A DNA stretch of 64,000 bases from Eledone cirrhosa. Its lineage: Eukaryota. Positions 48,802 to 61,449 of the stretch are shown one piece after another; the stretch's first letter is position 1; each line of letters begins with the position of its first letter. Where the stretch lies: contig OZ024752.1 of assembly GCA_964016885.1 (NCBI GenBank), positions 8,990,001 through 9,054,000 of the forward strand, written 5' to 3'. Both the position numbers and the translations under genes were made by a program. The notes under the pieces were generated by a model. The model did not search any database. It was not told the DNA's origin and saw only the letters and a list, made by a program, of their open reading frames with translations.

Positions 48802-49464
48802 TTAGTGGCAATTCTGTCTGCAGAAGATAGATCTTTCTAACTTATTGTTAAGTAGCCTTTTTACATTTTTGAGGATATACATTAGTTCTAGATCACATAG
48901 CCCGCAGTGGGACATACCTGTACTATAGGTTTTAGCAGCCGACAACTTCGACCAGTTAATACTGTAGTTAGTGCTGTATTTTTTTGGCGAGGTTGTGGAA
49001 CCCATAAGTGCACGGTTTTTCATTGAGTGCCTGTGCACATACCATCTTTTTTTAAAAGAACCCGCGGTGGATCCTATGTAATTCCAGGTGGAGTTATCCG
49101 AGTTGACCGTGCACATGTATACTAGGCTCGAATCGAGACATCTGTTCGCCAATGGGTACCTATCTGGTAGGTGAGAGTTACAGTTTGAGGCGCTATTTTG
49201 TGCAGCTTCTACACTCCTGTTTAGTACTCTGTTATAAGTGGGTTGTGATATATGCTGACCCACCTTAATAGCAGGTGCGTTGATTAACAACTGTGCGATA
49301 TCCGTACAGTTCTTATAGATGGCCTCGTGGAGTGGAGTATCCCCTCTTTTATTCCGACAATTTACATCCACTCTAGAAGACAGCAAGGATTTCACCTCTT
49401 CATAGTTTTTTTCTGAAAGTAGTAGAAATAAATACAAATACACATATATAGGAAATGAAGGCAC
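48802..49464 (-). CDS. Second identical ankyrin-GIY-YIG fusion ORF (220 aa)
   Basis: Same translation as 44655-45317, offset 4147 bp. Confidence 0.5.
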   Translation of the reverse strand: MPSFPIYVYLYLFLLLSEKNYEEVKSLLSSRVDVNCRNKRGDTPLHEAIYKNCTDIAQLLINAPAIKVGQHISQPTYNRVLNRSVEAAQNSASNCNSHLPDRYPLANRCLDSSLVYMCTVNSDNSTWNYIGSTAGSFKKRWYVHRHSMKNRALMGSTTSPKKYSTNYSINWSKLSAAKTYSTGMSHCGLCDLELMYILKNVKRLLNNKLERSIFCRQNCH

Positions 49465-52400
49465 ATGGCTTAGTGGTTAGTGTGTTCTACTGAAGATCAT
49501 GAGGTTGTGAGTTTGATTCCTGGGGATGTCTTGTTCTTGAGCAAGACACTTTATTACATGATGATCCACTCCACTCAGCTAGCAAAACTGAGTTGTACCA
49601 GTAATATCAGCCTTGTTAATCTGCTTATCCTTGAGAACTACAATAAAGGTACACATATGGGTTGATGAGGTACTTACAGACACTTGTGTGGTATAGACCT
49701 GTGAAGGCTAGAGTGTACTTAATGAGTATATTTCTGTGGTGATTTATGCAGGGTAGTGGGTATCCTAGTTTAAAGCTATGTTGTGTTGGTTTGATTCACG
49801 GAGGTTTGACTCTTATGAATTTAGTGGCAATTCTGTCTGCAGAAGATAGATCTTTCTAACTTATTGTTAAGTAGCCTTTTTACATTTTTGAGGATATACA
49901 TTAGTTCTAGATCACATAGCCCGCAGTGGGACATACCTGTACTATAGGTTTTAGCAGCCGACAACTTCGACCAGTTAATACTGTAGTTAGTGCTGCTGTC
50001 CTTCAGTTCCCATATTTTTTTGGCGAGGTTGTGGAACCCATAAGTGCACGGTTTTTCATTGAGTGCCTGTGCACATACCATCTTTTTTTAAAAGAACCCG
50101 CGGTGGATCCTATGTAATTCCAGGTGGAGTTATCCGAGTTGACCGTGCACATGTATACTAGGCTCGAATCGAGACATCTGTTCACCAATGGGCACCTATC
50201 TGGTAGGTGAGAGTTACAGTTTGAGGCGCTATTTTGTGCAGCTTCTACACTCCTGTTTAGTACTCTGTTATAAGTGGGTTGTGATATATGCTGACCCACC
50301 TTAATAGCAGGTGCGTTGATTAACAACTGTGCGATATCCGTACAGTTCTTATAGATGGCCTCGTGGAGTGGAGTATCCCCTCATTTATTCCGACAATTTA
50401 CATCCACTCTAGAAGACAGCAAGGATTTCACCTCTTCATAGTTTTTTCTGAAAGTAGTAGAAATAAATACAAATACACATATATAGGAAATGAAGGCACA
50501 TGGCTTAGTGGTTAGTGTGTTCTACTGAAGATCATGAGGTTGTGAGTTTGATTCCTGGGGATGTCTTGTCCTTGAGCAAGACACTTTATTACATGATGAT
50601 CCACTCCACTCAGCTAGCAAAACTGAGTTGTACCAGTAATACAAAGGGTCAGCCTTGTTAATCTGCTTATCCTTGAGAACTACAATAAAGGTACACATAT
50701 GGGTTGATGAGGTACTTACAGACATTTGTGTGGTATAGACTTGTGAAGGCTAGAGTGTACTTAATGAGTATATTTCTGTGGTGATTTATGCAGGGTAGTG
50801 GGTATCCTAGTTTAAAGCTATGTTGTGTTGGTTTGATTCACGGAGGTTTGACTCTTATGAATTTAGTGGCAATTCTGTCTGCAGAAGATAGATCTTTCTA
50901 ACTTATTGTAAAGTAGCCTTTTTACATTTTTGAGGATATACATTAGTTCTAGATCACATAGCCCGCAGTGGGACATACCTGTACTATAGGTTTTAGCAGC
51001 CGACAACTTCGACCAGTTAATACTGTAGTTAGTGCTGCTGTCCTTCAGTTCCCATATTTTTTTGGCGAGGTTGTGGAACCCATAAGTGCATGGTTTTTCA
51101 TTGAGTGCCTGTGCACATACCATCTTTTTTTAAAAGAACCCGCGGTGGATCCTATGTAATTCCAGGTGGAGTTATCCGAGTTGACCGTGCACATGTATAC
51201 TAGGCTCGAATCGAGACATCTGTTCGCCAATGGGCACCTATCTGGTAGGTGAGAGTTACAGTTTGAGGCGCTATTTTGTGCAGCTTCTACACTCCTGTTT
51301 AGTACTCTGTTATAAGTGGGTTGTGATATATGCTGACCCACCTTAATAGCAGGTTTGTTGATTAACAACTGTGCGATATCCGTACAGTTCTTATAGATGG
51401 CCTCGTGGAGTGGAGTATCCCCTCATTTATTCCGACAATTTATATCCTCTCTAGAAGACAGCAAGGATTTCACCTCTTCATAGTTTTTTTCTGAAAGTAG
51501 TAGAAATAAATACAAATACACATATATAGGAAATGAAGGCACATGGCTTAGTGGTTAGTGTGTTCTACTGAAGATCATGAGGTTGTGAGTTTGATTCCTG
51601 GGGATGTCTTGTCCTTGAGCAAGACACTTTATTACATGATGATCCACTCCACTCAGCTAGCAAAACTGAGTTGTACCAGTAATACAAAGGGTCAGCCTTG
51701 TTAATCTGCTTATCCTTGAGAACTACAATAAAGGTACACATATGGGTTGATGAGGTACTTACAGACATTTGTGTGGTATAGACCTGTGAAGGCTAGAGTG
51801 TACTTAATGAGTATATTTCTGTGGTGATTTATGCAGGGTAGTGGGTATCCTAGTTTAAAGCTATGTTGTGTTGGTTTGATTCACGGAGGTTTGACTCTTA
51901 TGAATTTAGTGGCAATTCTGTCTGCAGAAGATAGATCTTTCTAACTTATTGTAAAGTAGCCTTTTTACATTTTTGAGGATATACATTAGTTCTAGATCAC
52001 ATAGCCCGCAGTGGGACATACCTGTACTATAGGTTTTAGCAGCCGACAACTTCGACCAGTTAATACTGTAGTTAGTGCTGCTGTCCTTCAGTTCCCATAT
52101 TTTTTTGGCGAGGTTGTGGAACCCATAAGTGCACGGTTTTTCATTGAGTGCCTGTGCACATACCATCTTTTTTTAAAAGAACCCGCGGTGGATCCTATGT
52201 AATTCCAGGTGGAGTTATCCGAGTTGACCGTGCACATGTATACTAGGCTCGAATCGAGACATCTGTTCGCCAATGGGCACCTATCTGGTAGGTGGGAGTT
52301 ACAGTTTGAGGCGCTATTTTGTGCAGCTTCTACACTCCTGTTTAGTACTCTGTTATAAGTGGGTTGTGATATATGCTGACCCACCTTAATAGCAGGTTTG

Positions 52401-55400
52401 TTGATTAACAACTGTGCGATATCCGTACAGTTCTTATAGATGGCCTCGTGGAGTGGAGTATCCCCTCATTTATTCCGACAATTTATATCCTCTCTAGAAG
52501 ACAGCAAGGATTTCACCTCTTCATAGTTTTTTTCTGAAAGTAGTAGAAATAAATACAAATACACATATATAGGAAATGAAGGCACATGGCTTAGTGGTTA
52601 GTGTGTTCTACTGAAGATCATGAGGTTGTGAGTTTGATTCCTGGGGATGTCTTGTCCTTGAGCAAGACACTTTATTACATGATGATCCACTCCACTCAGC
52701 TAGCAAAACTGAGTTGTACCAGTAATACAAAGGGTCAGCCTTGTTAATCTGCTTATCCTTGAGAACTACAATAAAGGTACACATATGGGTTGATGAGGTA
52801 CTTACAGACATTTGTGTGGGATAGACCTGTGAAGGCTAGAGTGTACTTAATGAGTATATTTCTGTGGTGATTTATGCAGGGTAGTGGGTATCCTAGTTTA
52901 AAGCTATGTTGTGTTGGTTTGATTCACGGAGGTTTGACTCTTATGAATTTAGTGGCAATTCTGTCTGCAGAAGATAGATCTTTCTAACTTATTGTTAAGT
53001 AGCCTTTTTACATTTTTGAGGATATACATTAGTTCTAGATCACATAGCCCGCAGTGGGACATACCTGTACTATAGGTTTTAGCAGCCGACAACTTCGACC
53101 AGTTAATACTGTAGTTAGTGCTGCTGTCCTTCAGTTCCCATATTTTTTTGGCGAGGTTGTGGAACCCATAAAGGCACGGTTTTTCATTGAGTGCCTGTGC
53201 ACATACCATCTTTTTTTAAAAGAACCCGCGGTGGATCCTATGTAATTCCAGGTGGAGTTATCCGAGTTGACCGTGCACATGTATACTAGGCTCGAATCGA
53301 GACATCTGTTCGCCAATGGGTACCTATCTGGTAGGTGAGAGTTACAGTTTGAGGCGCTATTTTGTGCAGCTTCTACACTCCTGTTTAGTATTCTGTTATA
53401 AGTGGGTTGTGATATATGCTGACCCACCTTAATAGCAGGTGCGTTGATTAACAACTGTGCGATATCCGTACAGTTCTTATAGATGGCCTCGTGGAGTGGA
53501 GTATCCCCTCTTTTATTCCGACAATTTACATCCACTCTAGAAGACAGCAAGGATTTCACCTCTTCATAGTTTTTTTCTGAAAGTAGTAGAAATAAATACA
53601 AATACACATATATAGGAAATGAAGGCACATGGCTTAGTGGTTAGTGTGTTCTACTGAAGATCATGAGGTTGTGAGTTTGATTCCTGGGGATGTCTTGTTC
53701 TTGAGCAAGACACTTTATTACATGATGATCCACTCCACTCAGCTAGCAAAACTGAGTTGTACCAGTAATACAAAGGGTCAGCCTTGTTAATCTGCTTATC
53801 CTTGAGAACTACAATAAAGGTACACATATGGGTTGATGAGGTACTTACAGACACTTGTGTGGTATAGACCTGTGAAGGCTAGAGTGTACTTAATGAGTAT
53901 ATTTCTGTGGTGATTTATGCAGGGTAGTGGGTATCCTAGTTTAAAGCTATGTTGTGTTGGTTTGATTCACGGAGGTTTGACTCTTATGAATTTAGTGGCA
54001 ATTCTGTCTGCAGAAGATAGATCTTTCTAACTTATTGTTAAGTAGCCTTTTTACATTTTTGAGGATATACATTAGTTCTAGATCACATAGCCCGCAGTGG
54101 GACATACCTGTACTATAGGTTTTAGCAGCCGACAACTTCGACCAGTTAATACTGTAGTTAGTGCTGCTGTCCTTCAGTTCCCATATTTTTTTGGCGAGGT
54201 TGTGGAACCCATAAGTGCACGGTTTTTCATTGAGTGCCTGTGCACATACCATCTTTTTTTAAAAAAACCCGCGGTGGATCCTATGTAATTCCAGGTGGAG
54301 TTATCCGAGTTGACCGTGCACATGCATACTAGGCTCGAATCGAGACATCTGTTCACCAATGGGCACCTATCTGGTAGGTGGGAGTTACAGTTTGAGGCGC
54401 TATTTTGTGCAGCTTCTACACTCCTGTTTAGTACTCTGTTATAAGTGGGTTGTGATATATGCTGACCCACCTTAATAGCAGGTTTGTTGATTAACAACTG
54501 TGCGATATCCGTACAGTTCTTATAGATGGCCTCGTGGAGTGGAGTATCCCCTCTTTTATTCCGACAATTTACATCCACTCTAGAAGACAGCAAGGATTTC
54601 ACCTCTTCATAGTTTTTTTCTGAAAGTAGTAGAAATAAATACAAATACACATATATAGGAAATGAAGGCACATGGCTTAGTGGTTAGTGTGTTCTACTGA
54701 AGATCATGAGGTTGTGAGTTTGATTCCTGGGGATGTCTTGTTCTTGAGCAAGACACTTTATTACATGATGATCCACTCCACTCAGCTAGCAAAACTGAGT
54801 TGTACCAGTAATACAAAGGGTCAGCCTTGTTAATCTGCTTATCCTTGAGAACTACAATAAAGGTACACATATGGGTTGATGAGGTACTTACAGACACTTG
54901 TGTGGTATAGACCTGTGAAGGCTAGAGTGTACTTAATGAGTATATTTCTGTGGTGATTTATGCAGGGTAGTGGGTATCCTAGTTTAAAGCTATGTTGTGT
55001 TGGTTTGATTCACGGAGGTTTGACTCTTATGAATTTAGTGGCAATTCTGTCTGCAGAAGATAGATCTTTCTAACTTATTGTTAAGTAGCCTTTTTACATT
55101 TTTGAGGATATACATTAGTTCTAGATCACATAGCCCGCAGTGGGACATACCTGTACTATAGGTTTTAGCAGCCGACAACTTCGACCAGTTAATACTGTAG
55201 TTAGTGCTGCTGTCCTTCAGTTCCCATATTTTTTTGGCGAGGTTGTGGAACCCATAAGTGCACGGTTTTTCATTGAGTGCCTGTGCACATACCATCTTTT
55301 TTTAAAAGAACCCGCGGTGGATCCTATGTAATTCCAGGTGGAGTTATCCGAGTTGACCGTGCACATGTATACTAGGCTCGAATCGAGACATCTGTTCACC

Positions 55401-58089
55401 AATGGGCACCTATCTGGTAGGTGAGAGTTACAGTTTGAGGCGCTATTTTGTGCAGCTTCTACACTCCTGTTTAGTACTCTGTTATAAGTGGGTTGTGATA
55501 TATGCTGACCCACCTTAATAGCAGGTGTGTTGATTAACAACTGTGCGATATCCGTACAGTTCTTATAGATGGCCTCGTGGAGTGGAGTATCCCCTCTTTT
55601 ATTCCGACAATTTATATCCTCTCTAGAAGACAGCAAGGATTTCACCTCTTCATAGTTTTTTCTGAAAGTAGTAGAAATAAATACAAATACACATATATAG
55701 GAAATGAAGGCACATGGCTTAGTGGTTAGTGTGTTCTACTGAAGATCATAAGGTTGTGAGTTTGATTCCTGGGTATGTCTTGTGTCCTTGAGCAAGACAC
55801 TTTATTACATGATGATCCACTCCACTCAGCTAGCAAAACTGAGTTGTACCAGTAATACAAAGGGTCAGCCTTGTTAATCTGCTTATCCTTGAGAACTACA
55901 ATAAAGGTACACATATGGGTTGATGAGGTACTTACAGACATTTGTGTGGGATAGACCTGTGAAGGCTAGAGTGTACTTAATGAGTATATTTCTGTGGTGA
56001 TTTATGCAGGGTAGTGGGTATCCTAGTTTAAAGCTATGTTGTGTTGGTTTGATTCACGGAGGTTTGACTCTTATGAATTTAGTGGCAATTCTGTCTGCAG
56101 AAGATAGATCTTTCTAACTTATTGTTAAGTAGCCTTTTTACATTTTTGAGGATATACATTAGTTCTAGATCACATAGCCCGCAGTGGGACATACCTGTAC
56201 TATAGGTTTTAGCAGCCGACAACTTCGACCAGTTAATACTGTAGTTAGTGCTGCTGTCCTTCAGTTCCCATATTTTTTTGGCGAGGTTGTGGAACCCATA
56301 AGTGCACGGTTTTTCATTGAGTGCCTGTGCACATACCATCTTTTTTTAAAAGAACCCGCGGTGGATCCTATGTAATTCCAGGTGGAGTTATCCGAGTTGA
56401 CCGTTCACATGTATACTAGGCTCGAATCGAGACATCTGTTCGCCAATGGGCACCTATCTGGTAGGTGATAGTTACAGTTTGAGGCGCTATTTTGTGCAGC
56501 TTCTACGATACCCGTACAGTTCTTATAGATGGCCTCGTGGAGTGGAGTATCCCCTCTTTTATTCCGACAATTTACATCCACTCTAGAAGACAGCAAGGAT
56601 TTCACCTCTTCATAGTTTTTTCTGAAAGTAGTAAAAATAAATACAAATACACATATATAGGAAATGAAGGCACATGGCTTAGTGGTTAGTGTGTTCTACT
56701 GAAGATCATAAGGTTGTGAGTTTGATTCCTGGGGATGTCTTGTGTCCTTGAGCAAGACACTTTATTACATGATGATCCACTCCACTCAGCTAGCAAAACT
56801 GAGTTGTACCAGTAATACAAAGGGTCAGCCTTGTTAATCTGCTTATCCTTGAGAACTACAATAAAGGTACACATATGGGTTGATGAGGTACTTACAGACA
56901 TTTGTGTGGTATAGACCTGTGAAGGCTAGAGTGTACTTAATGAGTATATTTCTGTGGTGATTTATGCAGGGTAGTGGGTATCCTAGTTTAAAGCTATGTT
57001 GTGTTGGTTTGATTCACGGAGGTTTGACTCTTATTAATTTAGTGGCAATTCTGTCAGCTGAAGATTGATCTTTCTAACTTATTGTTAAGTAGCCTTTTTA
57101 CATTTTTGAGGATATACATTAGTTCTAGATCACATAGCCCGCAGTGGGACATACCTGTACTATAGGTTTTAGCAGCCGACAACTTCGACCAGTTAATACT
57201 GTAGTTAGTGCTGCTGTCCTTCAGTTCCCATATTTTTTTGGCGAGGTTGTGGAACCCATAAGTGCACGGTTTTTCATTGAGTGCCTGTGCACATACCATC
57301 TTTTTTTAAAAGAACCCGCGGTGGATCCTATGTAATTCCAGGTGGAGTTATCCGAGTTGACCGTGCACATGTATACTAGGCTCGAATCGAGACATCTGTT
57401 CACCAATGGGCACCTATCTGGTAGGTGAGAGTTACAGTTTGAGGCGCTATTTTGTGCAGCTTCTACACTCCTGTTTAGTACTCTGTTATAAGTGGGTTGT
57501 GATATATGCTGACCCACCTTAATAGCAGGTGCGTTGATTAACAACTGTGCGATATCCGTACAGTTCTTATAGATGGCCTCGTGGAGTGGAGTATCCCCTC
57601 TTTTATTCCGACAATTTACATCCACTCCAGAAGACAGCAAGGATTTCACCTCTTCATAGTTTTTTCTGAAAGTAGTAGAAATAAATACAATTACACATAT
57701 ATAGGAAATGAAGGCACATGGCTTAGTGGTTAGTGTGTTCTACTGAAGATCATAAGGTTGTGAGTTTGATTCCTGGGGATGTCTTGTGTCCTTGAGCAAG
57801 ACACTTTATTACATGATGATCCACTCCACTCAGCTAGCAAAACTGAGTTGTACCAGTAATACAAAGGGTCATCCTTCTTAATCTGCTTATCCTTGAGAAC
57901 TACAATAAAGGTACACATTCATGTCTGTAAAGTGGTTGGTGATAAGAAGGGCATCCAGACCAGGATACTGGAATAGCCTAGCATCCTCATCTAGGAGAAT
58001 CAACTGATACATTAGTAAGGCCTAGTGATGGTGAGGCTGAGATGCTGAAAGAGCCAAGCACCTTCACCGAGGAGCATCAAGTGACACAT

Positions 58090-59965
58090 CAGTTTTGCTG
58101 CTGCGCGTTTGTATGCGCTTGCGGTTGTGATGTGTTTATGCTTACAATTTGGTGCTACGTTATGCATAGGTGCGGTTGATTTACTAGAGATATTTCTGTG
58201 GTTGATCCTGCGTATGTGTGATTCTATATTTGCTGCTGTCGAGTATGAGAGTTTTATAGTAAATCTATTGAGTATTTTGTGATATCTATGTGAGATAGGG
58301 AAGTGTTTATCTATTAGTTTAAAGAATGTCGAGGGCAATCTAGTTTTTATAGAGGAGTTGAACCATAGGTATTTTCTTTGTCTGTTTCTTCTATTGTTTC
58401 TTGGGTTTACGTTATTAGTGTTTTGACCGTTTACTCCAGGTGCTACGTGCCTAACCCTATGTCTAGTCCAGCTATTTCTATTATTGTGTGAGCGGTTGGT
58501 GTAGTAGTTACTAGGATTGTTTACGTTGTCTTTATTCACTATATACTGCAGTTTATCTTTATGACCGGCCCTACGTAATGCTGCATTATAATAGTCAGCA
58601 TGCTCGTTAAAGATTTCTAGGTTAGAGGATAAGCGGGATATTCGGAGGGATATACTACGTGCTATGGATCTAATTATGGATTTGGGGTGGTTTGAGTTGT
58701 AACTAATGTAGGCAAGATATTCATTATTTTTGTGGAAAGGTTCTATTAATCCCGTATTTAGAGTTACATCTTGAAAGTTTACCTTCTTATGGTTTAGTTC
58801 GTAGGTAATACTTAGGCCTAGTTTTTTGAAGAATATTCTAATATTTTTTCTTAGTCTTTCCATGCTCTGGTTGTTTAGGTTCCTAGCTATAAGTAGCGTG
58901 TCGTCCCTATAAATTCCTCCTTGGAGGTTACTGAATTCCTTATGTAGGTTGTGTGCTATGAATAAATAGCTCCACGATATCTGTGATTTGCGCAGAGTCA
59001 TTTGATCCCATTGTTATATCGAAGCTATTTATCCTATCTTTTCTTACCCAGTAGCTATTTTCAAATTTTATGATAGTCCTTCTAGCCGCTATTATTGTTT
59101 CAATTTCATCATGGGTAAGATCAGAGTTATTTTGGGCAAATATAAGCGCCTTATCTAGGGTAGCTGGGGATATGGATGCATAGTAGTCATCTATATAAAA
59201 TTGTATGAAGTTACACGTCTCCCTATTTTGTATTTTATTGAACCATTTAATTGCCTCGTTAGTGTTGCCCCATAAATTGATTTCTAGTTTACCCTTTATT
59301 TGTGCGATTACCCTATCTAGAATGTTCTTGCTAATTTTACCTATGTCTGACTTGGATGGGCATATTAATCTAATGGTGGGGTTAGTTTCAAAATTATTTT
59401 TGTGATCCTTCAGGTTAAATGTTGGGTTGCACGGGGTTAGCGGTTCGGTCCTATCGGGAATTCCGAGTTTGTTAACTATCTTGAGGCCCTCCACGTTAAT
59501 GCTGGTGAGTGTAGATTCATTTGTCTTTTTATATTTTTTATGTAGTTCACGCTGGATAAAGCTATTGTATGTGTTAATGTCCATAGAGTATACGTTTGAT
59601 GTTTTGTCTGCTTTTACTATGATACCGTTAGTGTCTTTTAGATTTTTTAGTAGTGTATTTAAGTCATTTTGTAATTTGTTGTGATTTGTTCCTTTTTTAA
59701 ATTTAGTTTCACTTATCATGATCATTAGGTCCAGCTCGAAGGCATCGAGTGCGGGGTTGTTTGGCGGGTTTGTGCAGGATTTAAACCCGTAATTCTCCTT
59801 AGAAAATTCCTTTGCGTTGGTATTCGGTCCCTTATCGAAATGGTAAGCTTTCCATCGGACCCTGCGGATGAAATCATTAGTCCGTCGTATCATGCCCAGT
59901 GTATAGTCCTTTTTTGTAGGTATAGGTATGTTTTTCAGTGACATACCTATACGGTGCTTCTCCAT
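58090..59965 (-). pseudogene. PLE RT and linker with one frameshift, cut off before GIY-YIG
   Basis: MSLKNIPIP, ADKTSN, LKDHK, FDITMGSNDSAQ, GGIYRDD, SNHP, LWFN, KLSYST. Confidence 0.93.
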
Positions 59966-61074
59966 GTTGTTGTCGTGCGTTAATGGTGTTGCTCGACCAG
60001 GTGGGAGCTAAATATATATATAGATACATACATACACATAAATACACAAGCACACATATATATATGTAGGAGGTGAGTTTTATTGTAGTATAATAAAGCA
60101 ATGCAGATATCGGATAAGTAGCACTCTACAGTTTGTAGGACTGGAGTATAAATAATATAAGATCAAAAGATGGTTAAAAGAGTTCCATGTATTTTATTAT
60201 GCGCATTTCAAAAACAAATATCATCACATCATGCAATAACATTTGCGTTTTCGTCAGATAAAATAGAGAGACATGATATGAAGGTTAAAACACACTTGTG
60301 AATAGTGCAGTTTTAAATCAACATATGAAATTAGTTTTAGATTGATGTGTGATATTGGGAAAAAATTGAGGGGGGCGGTTGGAAAGTATGAAAAAGAGGA
60401 GGAGATGAGAGTAAAAAGTGGAGGAGTATAATGAGGAAGGATGAGATAGGAGGAGAGATGGGTGATAGAGAGAGAGAGATAGCTTTTATAACTGAGAAAA
60501 ATATATTTTACATAGAGAGGTTGAAAAACCGTTGGAAGATAATATATAAATTAAAAGAATTTGAAAATTAACGAAGAGAAAAATGTTAAATTAAGGTTTG
60601 TATAGTTAAGGGTTTAATAATATGTGCGATGAAAAGAAATTGTTAATATGTATTAAGAATAATATTTAAGGGTTTAATAATATATGCGATGGAAAGAAAT
60701 TGTTGATATGTATTATTAAAAAATATAAAAATAGAGCAATAGTAATGTAATTAAGGATATATTGTGAAAGAAGTAGAAGAGAGGATGAATAAGTGTAATA
60801 TGTATAAGTTAGATGAGCATGAAAGGGAGAAAAAAATAATGAATTGAGGATGAATAGTCTAACGTCAAAAAAATGTTTACGAAGGATTTTTTTTAAGGTG
60901 ATATAAAGTAAGAATATATTGTGCTGTGTAATAATTGTTACTACGTTAGGCACAATGATAATTGAGAAGTGTCTCGGAAGAAAAGGTACAGATTAGGGGT
61001 TAGAAATTAAAAGAAAGAGAAAAGAAAAGGGAAAAGAAAGAAAGGGAAGTGATAAATAGGAGTGAAATAGAATG

Positions 61075-61260
61075 AGTTGGATTGGCAGTATCGGTAGAGG
61101 GTCGGACGCTATGCTTTCCAGCATAGTTACGTCCCTTTACGATCTGAGTTCAAATCCCGCCGAGGTTGACTTTGCCTTTCATCCTTACGGGGTCGATAAA
61201 ATAAAGTACCAGTAATGCACTGGATAATTGCTGGCCTTGTGCCTAAAGTAGAAACAATTA
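61075..61260 (+). mobile_element. tRNA-derived SINE, cephalopod-like
   Basis: TGGCAGTATCGGTAG A box, GAGTTCAAATCC B box, GACTTTGCCTTTCATCCTT.CGGGGTCGATAAAATAAAGTACCAG central domain. Confidence 0.8.
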
Positions 61261-61449
61261 TATAATGTATAATAAATATCATTGAAATAAGGTAGAAAGA
61301 TGGGTATATTTTTAAAGAAATATATATGTATATATATATAAGGATTAGAATACTGGAGCGTGTTTGAGTCAAACACCCTCTTCGTATTATAGAAATGACA
61401 GTAAAAGGTATAGGTCAATGCAGTTAAACAGAGCCAAAAAATTAAGAAA

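Larger units (their letters stand above)
33306..57918. repeat. Tandem array of 24 near-identical units of ~950-1044 bp (SINE + ankyrin exon + PLE GIY-YIG 3' end)
   Basis: The GIY-YIG C-terminal ORF end recurs at 33469, 34428, 35471 ... 56079 and ~57039; unique flanks at both ends. Confidence 0.98.

Noticed and set aside
33306-57918. CRISPR-like array or rDNA/histone-type tandem gene cluster
   Set aside because: Units are ~1 kb and near-identical, with no unique spacers, no cas genes and no rRNA or histone motifs
60606-60716. Two-copy ~60-bp tandem repeat
   Set aside because: Ordinary local duplication in AT-rich DNA with no further structure
60991-61003. Telomeric repeat supporting a telomere-attached Terminon
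   Set aside because: Only isolated TTAGGG-like words; no array in the window
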